Shown one piece after another: positions 1 through 8,055 of a DNA stretch of 64,000 bases (positions are counted from its first letter, which is position 1; each line of letters begins with the position of its first letter). Below the pieces are notes generated by a model. It was not told the DNA's origin and did not search any database. It saw nothing but the letters and a program-made list of their open reading frames with translations. The translations under genes and the position numbers were made by a program. The DNA is taken from the sequence record MT995927.1; one strand, given 5' to 3'.

Positions 1-3
1 AAT

Positions 4-21
4 GGGAGTCTTCGGACTCCC
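4..21 (+). terminator. Intrinsic terminator (GGGAGTC-TTCG-GACTCCC plus T tract)
   Basis: Perfect 7-bp stem, UUCG loop, followed by TTTTATTTT. Confidence 0.85.
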
Positions 22-83
22 TTTTATTTTCTGCATCGTAATATTTTTTTAATCACTTCAATAAACGTAAATAGGTATACAAA

Positions 84-440
84 ATGAATATTGATAAAGT
101 ATCACTCTGTCTTGGTATTTTTGTTGGTTCAGTTACCATGTATGCAGTTGGTAAAATCTATCACAAAACTGTTATTGATGTGAAAATCAATAAGTTGCGT
201 AATGCTGCTTCAGTGTCTAATGAAATTCTTACAATGCTTTCTAAGCGTGCCTCAGTCATTCGTGCTGAGGTTATGCCGGCCGCAGAAGACTTTATCGATT
301 GTGAAGGTAAAGTACACAACAAACTCACTGAAGAGTTACAGGACATCGTTGCTGGTTTTAAAGTAGCACCTGAACATGGAGCTAGTGTTAATACACGTAT
401 TAATGATTGGTTCCTACAAACGTTCCCAACTGTTTACTAA
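84..440 (+). CDS. Hypothetical protein with N-terminal hydrophobic segment
   Basis: 118-aa ORF, AGGT RBS, hydrophobic stretch VSLCLGIFVGSVTMYAVG. Confidence 0.75.
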   Translation: MNIDKVSLCLGIFVGSVTMYAVGKIYHKTVIDVKINKLRNAASVSNEILTMLSKRASVIRAEVMPAAEDFIDCEGKVHNKLTEELQDIVAGFKVAPEHGASVNTRINDWFLQTFPTVY

Positions 441-450
441 TAGGTGACAT

Positions 451-873
451 ATGTCAAAAGTAGTATTTCCTAATGGTCTACTAATAGCACTCATGCAAAA
501 CTTCGATCATACTCTCGAATGTTTTGATCATGATGTTAGTGTTTTTAAAAAGGCACTGAGTGACCTAGATAATAAAATTAAAGGTGGTATTAAGTCACTT
601 GATAATGATTACCCTAATGCTAAAATTGCATTAGAACGCATTCTTGAAGAACTTTTTAAAAGAGGATTACATATCCCTGGGCCTTCTGGAAAAGCATTTG
701 TCATTGAAAAAGTTCACATTGTAGATAGCACAGGTGTGGCTAAGGCATACCGTGTCAGTTACAATGATGAAAAAGCTATGCCTGAATATGTATCAGCCGA
801 TAATGTATGGGGTGCACTAATTTCATATCAAAAACGTAGTCGTAGTGCAAATCCATTCAAACCAACTGCGTGA
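451..873 (+). CDS. Hypothetical protein
   Basis: 140-aa ORF, AGGTG RBS, co-directional with neighbours. Confidence 0.75.
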   Translation: MSKVVFPNGLLIALMQNFDHTLECFDHDVSVFKKALSDLDNKIKGGIKSLDNDYPNAKIALERILEELFKRGLHIPGPSGKAFVIEKVHIVDSTGVAKAYRVSYNDEKAMPEYVSADNVWGALISYQKRSRSANPFKPTA

Positions 874-944
874 AAAGGATCTGATGGTTAAAGTCATAAT
901 CCATTATCGTATTACATAATACCTGCAAAAGAAGGAATAAGTCA

Positions 945-1196
945 ATGAGCGAATCTAAAGAAGTTATCAACATGGTGGAATGTTTTATCAGTGAATCTTA
1001 CATGGAGCCAGGTGTTGACCACAATCGTCGGATTTTGATGCGTGAATACGGGATCAACCCTAACAGCGGTATACCACTTCGGGGGAACTGGGTTCTGCGT
1101 AACATGCTCACTGGGGAATTTATCGACAATGATAAATACCTCAACGATATTGTTGAACGTAATTCCATCCAATTCGAACGCAATACCTTCATCTAG
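945..1196 (+). CDS. Hypothetical protein (REYGINP family, paralog of 2190-2465)
   Basis: 83-aa ORF, AAGGA RBS, shares REYGINP..P.RG.WV.R...TG.FID with 2190-2465. Confidence 0.8.
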   Translation: MSESKEVINMVECFISESYMEPGVDHNRRILMREYGINPNSGIPLRGNWVLRNMLTGEFIDNDKYLNDIVERNSIQFERNTFI

Positions 1197-1231
1197 CTAT
1201 AATTAATCCAAATCTGAAAATAGGTCAAACC

Positions 1232-1615
1232 ATGAACGAACACATTCAAAAGAAAATCAACCAGGGTACTGGCAGACTGGCTATGTGCAACTTCGACAAA
1301 ATGAACTATGTTCAGGGTCGTGAGTACTATGCCATCTCAGATAGTGGTTTACTTGAACAAATCGTTGCTCTATGCGCAGTTCAGTGGCCTCAGGAAATGG
1401 CCAACTACCTGCATGATGAAAGCGCTCTGTTCTGGGCTCTTTTCGACCGTGGTATCGTAACTGATGGTAAACCTCGCGCCGACCGTAAAGACTTCATCTA
1501 CGAACGCCTTGGTTTCATCCACAAGAAGAAGTTCAAAAAATACGGCTTGTCTATTCTACAGCGTGCGCGCACCCGCTCGATGGCTAGTTTTGAGAAAGCT
1601 CAAGAGACTTGCTGA
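1232..1615 (+). CDS. Hypothetical protein
   Basis: 127-aa ORF, AGGT RBS. Confidence 0.75.
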   Translation: MNEHIQKKINQGTGRLAMCNFDKMNYVQGREYYAISDSGLLEQIVALCAVQWPQEMANYLHDESALFWALFDRGIVTDGKPRADRKDFIYERLGFIHKKKFKKYGLSILQRARTRSMASFEKAQETC

Positions 1616-1650
1616 GCTATGCTGCAACACCAATACGAGGATCGTTAATT

Positions 1651-2148
1651 ATGAACCGCATGATTCCTGCAAATGAGCGTGACAGTGAACTCAGTCTCTA
1701 TGGCTATTTGACCTCTGTTGTAACTGGTGGGGTTGCTTGGGATTATAACCCTATCGTTCTGCTGGAGAAGATGTGTAATCGTGATGATGAGGCCATCTGC
1801 ATGGGTGAACCCAATTACGATCAATTACGTTTGATCGGTGCAAGGGGTATGTTCGAACAGATCTCTGAAAACATCCTGTCTCGCAATGAACAAATCATGG
1901 ATGGTGTTCGTGATTTCTTCAAAGATGGTCTCCAGTTGAAAACCAATGTAGATGACATGTTGGTGAGACTGAATTATCAAACTGTGCATAACGGGACTGA
2001 TATGGATGAGGTGATCATGGTAAACTTGTTCAAAAAAATTGATGGTGATTATGTGGTTGCTCATAAGTGCACATATGACCCTCAAGATTGGAAACATGCG
2101 TTATATTACTTCACCAATGCCTCCATGATCAGTCAAAAACAAAAATAA
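1651..2148 (+). CDS. Hypothetical protein
   Basis: Start moved from 1609 to ATG 1651, which has a GAGGA RBS; 165 aa. Confidence 0.7.
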   Translation: MNRMIPANERDSELSLYGYLTSVVTGGVAWDYNPIVLLEKMCNRDDEAICMGEPNYDQLRLIGARGMFEQISENILSRNEQIMDGVRDFFKDGLQLKTNVDDMLVRLNYQTVHNGTDMDEVIMVNLFKKIDGDYVVAHKCTYDPQDWKHALYYFTNASMISQKQK

Positions 2149-2189
2149 ATATCATGCATATCCCTTCAGGTAATTTTAGAGAGGTTATT

Positions 2190-2465
2190 ATGATCAATAA
2201 AGATGTATCAATGATCCCAGTTTATGAAAATCACTTTGTCACTACTGGTGCTACTCCACGACATGAAGCAATTGTGGTATGTCGTGAATATGGTATTAAT
2301 CCATTAGATGATGCACCATTTCGGGGTTCATGGGTGATGCGCTACCGAGAGACTGGCAAATTCATTGATTGTTCCAGGGATATTGATGATTTAGCTAAGA
2401 AATATAATCTGACCATTCATAAACCAACCATTGAATTATACACCAGCACGTATATTGGTCAATAG
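2190..2465 (+). CDS. Hypothetical protein (REYGINP family)
   Basis: Start moved from 2088 to ATG 2190 (GAGG RBS); motif shared with 945-1196. Confidence 0.75.
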   Translation: MINKDVSMIPVYENHFVTTGATPRHEAIVVCREYGINPLDDAPFRGSWVMRYRETGKFIDCSRDIDDLAKKYNLTIHKPTIELYTSTYIGQ

Positions 2466-2469
2466 AAAA

Positions 2470-2493
2470 AAACCACCCTATATAGGGTGGTTT
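2470..2493 (+). terminator. Hairpin terminator-like element
   Basis: AAACCACCCT-ATAT-AGGGTGGTTT inverted repeat directly after a stop codon. Confidence 0.65.
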
Positions 2494-2509
2494 ATAAAAG
2501 AGGTGAAAT

Positions 2510-2773
2510 ATGCATAAACTTAATCCTGGTTGTTATCCATTAACTATAAATCCTAATGGTAAGTTTCTGAATAAAGACGATTTACGGAATCTTCCCAATG
2601 GGATTTATGTAACTTCTCCGTTACATGGTCCTAGGGTATATAGCCATGATCGACGCGTTATGGTTGATGGTGATTATTGTTATCTAATCACTGCACCGAA
2701 CATAAAATTCAAGGTAAGTGATTTCTTTAAATATAATGTAGTTTATTATCCGAGCATTTACCTCAAGAGGTAA
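2510..2773 (+). CDS. Hypothetical protein (NLPxGxYxTxPxHGP family)
   Basis: 87-aa ORF, GAGGTG RBS, motif shared with 3069-3356. Confidence 0.75.
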   Translation: MHKLNPGCYPLTINPNGKFLNKDDLRNLPNGIYVTSPLHGPRVYSHDRRVMVDGDYCYLITAPNIKFKVSDFFKYNVVYYPSIYLKR

Positions 2774-2780
2774 TAAATAA

Positions 2781-3065
2781 ATGGCAAACGAATGCACTCC
2801 CGGTGTCTGGGATACACTAGTTGACTCGACAAAAGAAACTGAAAACCTACGTATCCGTTCCCAACTCATGCGGGCTCTCACCCGTACTATAAAGGGCTGG
2901 GATCTTCCGCAAAAAGACGCTGCTGCTCGCCTACATGTTACGCAACCGAGATTGAATGATCTTCTCAAAGGCAAGATTGACAAGTTCTCTCTGGACGCCC
3001 TGGTAAACCTACTGGACGCGGCTGATCTGACTCTTGAGATATCAGTGATCCCACGTGCAGTATAA
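2781..3065 (+). CDS. XRE/HigA-like helix-turn-helix protein (HTH_37-like), no adjacent toxin
   Basis: LPQKDAAARLHVTQPRLNDLLKGKIDKFSLDALVNLL is typical of XRE/HigA-like HTH proteins; GAGG RBS. Confidence 0.85.
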   Translation: MANECTPGVWDTLVDSTKETENLRIRSQLMRALTRTIKGWDLPQKDAAARLHVTQPRLNDLLKGKIDKFSLDALVNLLDAADLTLEISVIPRAV

Positions 3066-3068
3066 ACC

Positions 3069-3356
3069 ATGGGGACGCAGCTTGATACGGCCACCGGGTG
3101 GTTTCATGACAGCAAGGAAATAAAGAAAATGACAACTGATAAAAAGTTTAGCATTAAAGAACTCGGATGGGAAAAAGCCACTAATCTACCCGATGGTGAA
3201 TACTACACTATTCCTAAACATGGACCACAAAACTGGCGGTATGATCGCAAGATTATCAAAACCAAGAACAGTGTAAAACTGGTAAATGAACCAGATTATA
3301 GCTGGTCAGCCCCATTCTTTTTCGAGGCAAATAACTTGTTAATCGAAGAACCATGA
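3069..3356 (+). CDS. Hypothetical protein (paralog of 2510-2773); start may be 3129
   Basis: NLPDGEYYTIPKHGP...DR compared with NLPNGIYVTSPLHGP...DR. Confidence 0.7.
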   Translation: MGTQLDTATGWFHDSKEIKKMTTDKKFSIKELGWEKATNLPDGEYYTIPKHGPQNWRYDRKIIKTKNSVKLVNEPDYSWSAPFFFEANNLLIEEP

Positions 3357-3514
3357 CTATGAAACGATCACCAGGTTATTTTAAAAGAGTAGTAAAAGAA
3401 CTAACTGAGCGAGAGAATATTATACATCAGAAAGTTCTTAAATACATCAATGATAATCCGAATATTTCTTATAAAGAAGCACGTCAGATAGTAACTAAGG
3501 AGATTATAAAGTGA
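3353..3514 (+). CDS. Small basic protein, 53 aa (absent from ORF track)
   Basis: MTMKRSPGYFKRVVKELTERENIIHQKVLKYINDNPNISYKEARQIVTKEIIK; ATGA overlap upstream and GTGA overlap downstream fill the gap exactly. Confidence 0.7.
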   Translation: MTMKRSPGYFKRVVKELTERENIIHQKVLKYINDNPNISYKEARQIVTKEIIK

Positions 3515-3723
3515 CTATTTCAATTCCTGCATCAGTTCGTGGTGAGTTTGGAATTTATTACAAAAATAATAAGAATCTTCGACTGGGTCAGGCATGGCAT
3601 AATTACATGCGTCTTGAAAATATCCAAAATGAAATGGATAAAGAATGGGCTGATAAACTCTGGAATGCTTCTGATAAAGAAGCAGCTGATATGGTTGATG
3701 AAGCCACTAATTGGACTATGTAA
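3511..3723 (+). CDS. Hypothetical protein
   Basis: 70-aa ORF, GTG start with AAGGAG RBS. Confidence 0.8.
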   Translation: MTISIPASVRGEFGIYYKNNKNLRLGQAWHNYMRLENIQNEMDKEWADKLWNASDKEAADMVDEATNWTM

Positions 3724-3762
3724 CTAAACAATATTTACTATAGTAAATAAGGAGAAATACAA

Positions 3763-3906
3763 ATGACTAATGAAGAAATTATCGTAGATGAAAGTAAATG
3801 GGCCGATGACAGCGAGATGGTTGGCTGTAAACCAGTTGATCTGTTTATTGATTTTTACTGGGTAGAGCCCACTCATCATACTCAAGAAGGAAAAGAGGAT
3901 AATTAA
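3763..3906 (+). CDS. Small acidic protein, 47 aa (absent from ORF track)
   Basis: MTNEEIIVDESKWADDSEMVGCKPVDLFIDFYWVEPTHHTQEGKEDN; strong AAGGAG RBS; stop abuts the next start. Confidence 0.75.
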   Translation: MTNEEIIVDESKWADDSEMVGCKPVDLFIDFYWVEPTHHTQEGKEDN

Positions 3907-3907
3907 C

Positions 3908-4183
3908 ATGGGTGAATATACACAGAATGGTATTCGTCATTTTCGTCCGGATGATACCGAAGATACCTTTTATATCTTGGGTGATTGTTATGTAGCCAAT
4001 ACTATCGCCGATATTATCGAGATGGCAACTAAGAAATGGGGTGATGGTATTACTCTTGATATGATTAATATCAGTACTGAATATATTCATACAAGTTGTC
4101 TAGGGTATGATGAGTACGACCCCAGCGATTACAGTAATTATTTATGCATCTCTCGTGTTAGGGAAACATCGCTGGTTAAATAA
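3908..4183 (+). CDS. Hypothetical protein
   Basis: 91-aa ORF, GAGGA RBS. Confidence 0.8.
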   Translation: MGEYTQNGIRHFRPDDTEDTFYILGDCYVANTIADIIEMATKKWGDGITLDMINISTEYIHTSCLGYDEYDPSDYSNYLCISRVRETSLVK

Positions 4184-4196
4184 ATTAACGACATAA

Positions 4197-4218
4197 GCCC
4201 TCTCCTTCGGGAGAGGGC
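4197..4218 (+). terminator. GC-rich hairpin terminator
   Basis: GCCCTCTCC-TTCG-GGAGAGGGC after a stop codon. Confidence 0.8.
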
Positions 4219-4252
4219 ATTTATTCAGTTAAACTTTTAAGAATAAAAGAAT

Positions 4253-4280
4253 TAGCCCTACTGTTACAGCAGTAGGGCTA
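4253..4280. other. Second intergenic hairpin
   Basis: TAGCCCTACTG-TTACAG-CAGTAGGGCTA perfect 11-bp stem. Confidence 0.7.
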
Positions 4281-4348
4281 TATGCCGTTGAGTAAAAAAT
4301 ACTCAACATTTTCGCCCAAGTGGGCTTGGATTAACAAGAGGAACAATC

Positions 4349-4654
4349 ATGTTAATTCCAGTTACCGCTAACAATGTTAGCCCTGACCTGCACAGAATGC
4401 AGGAAGTAGGTTTCTTTTTCAAGAGACCCGATGGATCAACCCATAGCATGTCGGTTGCGAAAACGCAAGCCGATAATGTTATCCAATGTCGAGATCGTAG
4501 AGGTAACTTCATTGGTTATTGGGCTGGCCCTACGATAGGATACGTCAACAACGCAAGTTTAGCCGTATCCGTCAACCCCTTCGACAATTTCATAGTAACG
4601 GACACTGACATGGATCAGAAGAAGTTCTATGTAACCGAAAGGAGAAGCCTATGA
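4349..4654 (+). CDS. Hypothetical protein
   Basis: 101-aa ORF, GAGGA RBS. Confidence 0.75.
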   Translation: MLIPVTANNVSPDLHRMQEVGFFFKRPDGSTHSMSVAKTQADNVIQCRDRRGNFIGYWAGPTIGYVNNASLAVSVNPFDNFIVTDTDMDQKKFYVTERRSL

Positions 4655-4662
4655 TAAACAAC

Positions 4663-4682
4663 CCCTCTCCTGAAGGAGAGGG
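4663..4682. terminator. Hairpin terminator, possibly bidirectional
   Basis: CCCTCTCC-TGAA-GGAGAGGG after a stop codon. Confidence 0.75.
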
Positions 4683-4699
4683 ACTTATCTGAATTCTTT

Positions 4700-5160
4700 T
4701 TTTGTTTAAGTGAGAGCCGCCCGCTAAAGCGGCTCCCAAGTGGAGTTAAGTCTCCCGCTAAAGAGACACTCCAGTATACATGGGGTAGCGACTCCTCATG
4801 TAGATATCCTAATTAATCTCTTTAGCTAGTAATCAATACCAGTTATCACTCGTTGATAATTGATTTGTTTATTAACTAATTTGACTTAATCAGAATAATC
4901 AATACATATTGTTAATAACCTAGTATATTATTACCAGTATCATTGAGTAATACTGGTAATCAAATATTACTCATGAATATTACCTAATGTGGAACTGAGG
5001 AATCGGATCGCCCCGTAGGGGCTTTTATTTCATAATAAACTATACCGAAGGTATATCCTTATTCTAATAATAAACAATATTAGCATTATTCTAATAGCGT
5101 TAGCTAATACATACTGTCTCCCTAAAAGGAGACACAGTATAGATTATATTTTTTTTTAAT
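4700..5160. other. Non-coding hairpin-rich island (candidate origin or ncRNA)
   Basis: No ORF of 60 aa or more; at least 7 inverted repeats, three with CTAAA-containing loops; AT-rich core; lies between convergent terminators. Confidence 0.6.
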
Positions 5161-5270
5161 TAAAAATAATAAGTCTAGAGATAGACTTTCTTTATGCCTT
5201 TAATACCTTCTAATTTGCTCTATAATCGATTTTATTCATTATCCACTAGCATATTAGCCATACGACATAA

Positions 5271-5290
5271 AAGCCCTCCTATGAGGGCTT
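5271..5290 (-). terminator. Hairpin terminator
   Basis: AAGCCCTC-CTAT-GAGGGCTT downstream of the minus-strand gene 5340-5708. Confidence 0.7.
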
Positions 5291-5339
5291 AAATGCTTTA
5301 TTGATTATTAGACGAATGGGTTAATCAGAATTAAATACA

Positions 5340-5708
5340 TTACATTAATTCCTTTACATCATCTGGAATAGATTCACACCGATCTAAATCCCAGTAGATA
5401 TGCGTATAATGATCTTGATTTACAATACTGATGAAATCACCATTAGGGTCAGGTAAAGGTTTACGGATCACATCGACATAGATAGTGTAGTACAGATATA
5501 GATCACTGATAAGTTCATCGATATTTAGGTTATTACCTTCTGCATATTTACCATATTTAAAATAATGGGCTTCTTCTGCTACAGCATAACGGATTTTATC
5601 GTAATTTTGTGATGCGGCATATACACGTGCAAATAGGGGCCGATTAAATTTTCTACATTCACTAATATTCTTTCTTAAAGTATTTACTAAATTATCAATT
5701 GCACTCAT
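5340..5708 (-). CDS. Hypothetical protein
   Basis: 122-aa ORF, AGGT RBS, flanked by hairpins. Confidence 0.75.
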   Translation of the reverse strand: MSAIDNLVNTLRKNISECRKFNRPLFARVYAASQNYDKIRYAVAEEAHYFKYGKYAEGNNLNIDELISDLYLYYTIYVDVIRKPLPDPNGDFISIVNQDHYTHIYWDLDRCESIPDDVKELM

Positions 5709-5733
5709 TTAGATTACCTATTAAAATTATAGT

Positions 5734-5753
5734 GCTCTCCCCGAAGGGAGAGC
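5734..5753 (-). terminator. Terminator of the helicase gene
   Basis: GCTCTCCC/GGGAGAGC stem, loop reads TTCG on the minus strand. Confidence 0.75.
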
Positions 5754-5762
5754 TTTATGTTG

Positions 5763-7310
5763 TTAATATCCCCAGTCATCTCCACCAGTTGCTTGCATGT
5801 TACTAAGACTTGGTACGAAATCCATGTAATTGTTTTCTTCTTTATCGATATCCCATCTAATACCACCAATACGGTCTGGATCAAACGGCATAACAAAATA
5901 GTGATGCTTACTATCACTTACAACGTTACGGTGTTTACCACGTTGTACAGTTAGATAATACTTACCACTTACTTTAACAATGTGGAAGAAGAATTCCAGA
6001 TCAGGTTCTTGTCCAAGTCGACGACAACCATCATAGTAACCTTTGTTAGCAACTTGTTTAACAAAGTCTTCTGGTGGGATATTATCCCTGATTAGTTCTA
6101 GTGCCTGAGAACTTAACTGGTGTGGACTAAAGAATGTGATACCACGTGGCGCAGTATAATTACGCATTCGCCTAAATAGGAGACGAACGTCATCACCTGC
6201 TACACTGGTTACTAATCCAGTTTTAGGCAACATGTTTAGATAATCTACGCAGAGATATTGTAGTTCATAACCACGTGCTTGATATGTATCCAGATAGTTA
6301 ACTAAACCAGCAATCGTAAATTCAGTTGGGTCAAAACGGTACATTACTGGTTCGAAACCATTTTCACGAAGCCGAGCTGATACATATTCAGCTGCTTCAG
6401 CTTTACTAATGGAACTACGATCTACCTTGATACCTGTTTCATTTTCGTAAATATACTCATAAATGAAAATAAGGTTATCCGGGATCTCATTCTCAAGAGT
6501 AATAAACATTACTAATGGTTTCTTATTGATATCACGCATGTATGGTTTATTAAATAGGCATACATGACAAAATAGACTCATAGAAACGCCAGATTTATAT
6601 TGATGTTGTAGGCCACCACCGATAATAAATTCACCACGTTTTAATGCACCTAGATCACCAAGCATACGGTTAAAACCTTTCCATCCAGTTCGGAAAGCAC
6701 CATTTGGTGAAAGAATGGTTTTAGCCTCTTCAAAGAATCCTTCAATAGAATCTAAATTACCAAAATCAAGTGCACCCATTTCAGCTGGGTGTTTTTCTTC
6801 AGCACGTGCGCGAATATATGGGTCAGCTCTGGTTGCCATTTCATTAATGATTGCCGGAATATCAGCAGAGCCTCTATTGAAAAGAATTTTTGATGAACAT
6901 TCTTTTACAATAGCTTTTACCTTTTCATCAGCTAAGTAGCTATTTAGATCACGACGATATGAAGTTACACGCATAGCTAATGCCATGCCATTTGGAAATT
7001 CTTCTTCTACCGCATTTTTAACAGCATCGTATAGATAACTTTCTTCACGACAACATACTTGTAGTGATTGTAATACCTGTTGGGTAGCTGGGAAATATGC
7101 TTTCTGTTTCTTATTTAGATCCACTAGTAGATTACGAAGATCTAAAAATGTTTGTCGACCATGATCTACATCTAATGTACCACCCTTATCATTTAGAGTA
7201 TCAAGAATCTCAGTAACCAATTCATTGGATGGTTCCACTGGAGAATCTTCTCGATTTTCTAAACATAATAGAGTGATACATGAAACGAGTAATTGTTTTG
7301 GACTTGACAT
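5763..7310 (-). CDS. dnaB: DnaB-like replicative helicase (phiKZ gp118-like)
   Basis: FRTGWKGFNRMLG, RGEF, variant Walker A GGLQHQYKS, FITLEN, Walker B VDYL, FFSPHQL; 515 aa. Confidence 0.9.
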   Translation of the reverse strand: MSSPKQLLVSCITLLCLENREDSPVEPSNELVTEILDTLNDKGGTLDVDHGRQTFLDLRNLLVDLNKKQKAYFPATQQVLQSLQVCCREESYLYDAVKNAVEEEFPNGMALAMRVTSYRRDLNSYLADEKVKAIVKECSSKILFNRGSADIPAIINEMATRADPYIRARAEEKHPAEMGALDFGNLDSIEGFFEEAKTILSPNGAFRTGWKGFNRMLGDLGALKRGEFIIGGGLQHQYKSGVSMSLFCHVCLFNKPYMRDINKKPLVMFITLENEIPDNLIFIYEYIYENETGIKVDRSSISKAEAAEYVSARLRENGFEPVMYRFDPTEFTIAGLVNYLDTYQARGYELQYLCVDYLNMLPKTGLVTSVAGDDVRLLFRRMRNYTAPRGITFFSPHQLSSQALELIRDNIPPEDFVKQVANKGYYDGCRRLGQEPDLEFFFHIVKVSGKYYLTVQRGKHRNVVSDSKHHYFVMPFDPDRIGGIRWDIDKEENNYMDFVPSLSNMQATGGDDWGY

Positions 7311-7449
7311 TTTTATAGATTTCCAATTGTGAAATTAAGAGATGTACAGTGTATCATTTAGATAGCTAGTAATTTTAGTGAATGTATTTGCTATATTGCT
7401 ATGTAGACAGTTCCCAAAAGCCTAAAGTTACAATATAGGTACTTTCACA

Positions 7450-7983
7450 ATGACCCAAGTTCTGGTTATGCCAAAAGCTGTTTTTGAATCATATAAAACA
7501 GCAGGTGTACAATTTAACAAATTGTTAGACACCAACTATATAGTTTCCGAAACCTCCGTAAATGATCTTGCGGAGATACATCAGGCTTTAACTGCTTTCC
7601 CCTTTCTGTTACCAGAAAAACTAGATATTAAGTTAGCAGTAAGCCCGATAATCAAAGTTGCTGAGCTAGGTGAAATAGACGGTCCTGACCAATTTAAGAT
7701 GAAGGATTTACACAATCGTTTAGAGAGCCGCCTAGCGACTAATGAACTTAGGGATGCAGGTAACCGTAATTTAGTGTACGATTATTACCTATATCCTGTA
7801 GATGAGAATCTGTGGGTTGCGGTGCAGCAGAGTGCGCACATTGCAAGTAGCGATCCTAGACGTGTCTCAATTCAACTTAACCATACTTTCTTTGATAGTA
7901 TGATAAATGAAATGTTGAACACCCGCCCACGTGAATCCGTGGCGTCAACACAAATTTTTACCTATTATTTGGAGAGCTGCTAG
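7450..7983 (+). CDS. Minor capsid/virion protein (gp119-like)
   Basis: 177 aa, directly upstream of the major capsid gene; identified from recalled synteny. Confidence 0.7.
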   Translation: MTQVLVMPKAVFESYKTAGVQFNKLLDTNYIVSETSVNDLAEIHQALTAFPFLLPEKLDIKLAVSPIIKVAELGEIDGPDQFKMKDLHNRLESRLATNELRDAGNRNLVYDYYLYPVDENLWVAVQQSAHIASSDPRRVSIQLNHTFFDSMINEMLNTRPRESVASTQIFTYYLESC

Positions 7984-8055
7984 GTTGATTCCGGAAAAGA
8001 TGCTTAGTAGACCCAAATTTTTAAACCAAAAACTCATCCTACGTAGGAATAAAAA

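Noticed and set aside
2684-3094. 136-aa antisense ORF over the HTH gene
   Set aside because: Explained by the locally higher GC content; the sense HTH protein is clearly the real gene
4700-5160. CRISPR-like or tRNA interpretation of the hairpin cluster
   Set aside because: No identical repeats with regular unique spacers; no cloverleaf, T-loop or CCA pattern
5714-5954. Short ORFs 5714-5917 (-) and 5757-5954 (+)
   Set aside because: Overlap the dnaB 3' end and its terminator; no RBS; hydrophobic composition typical of AT-rich off-frames
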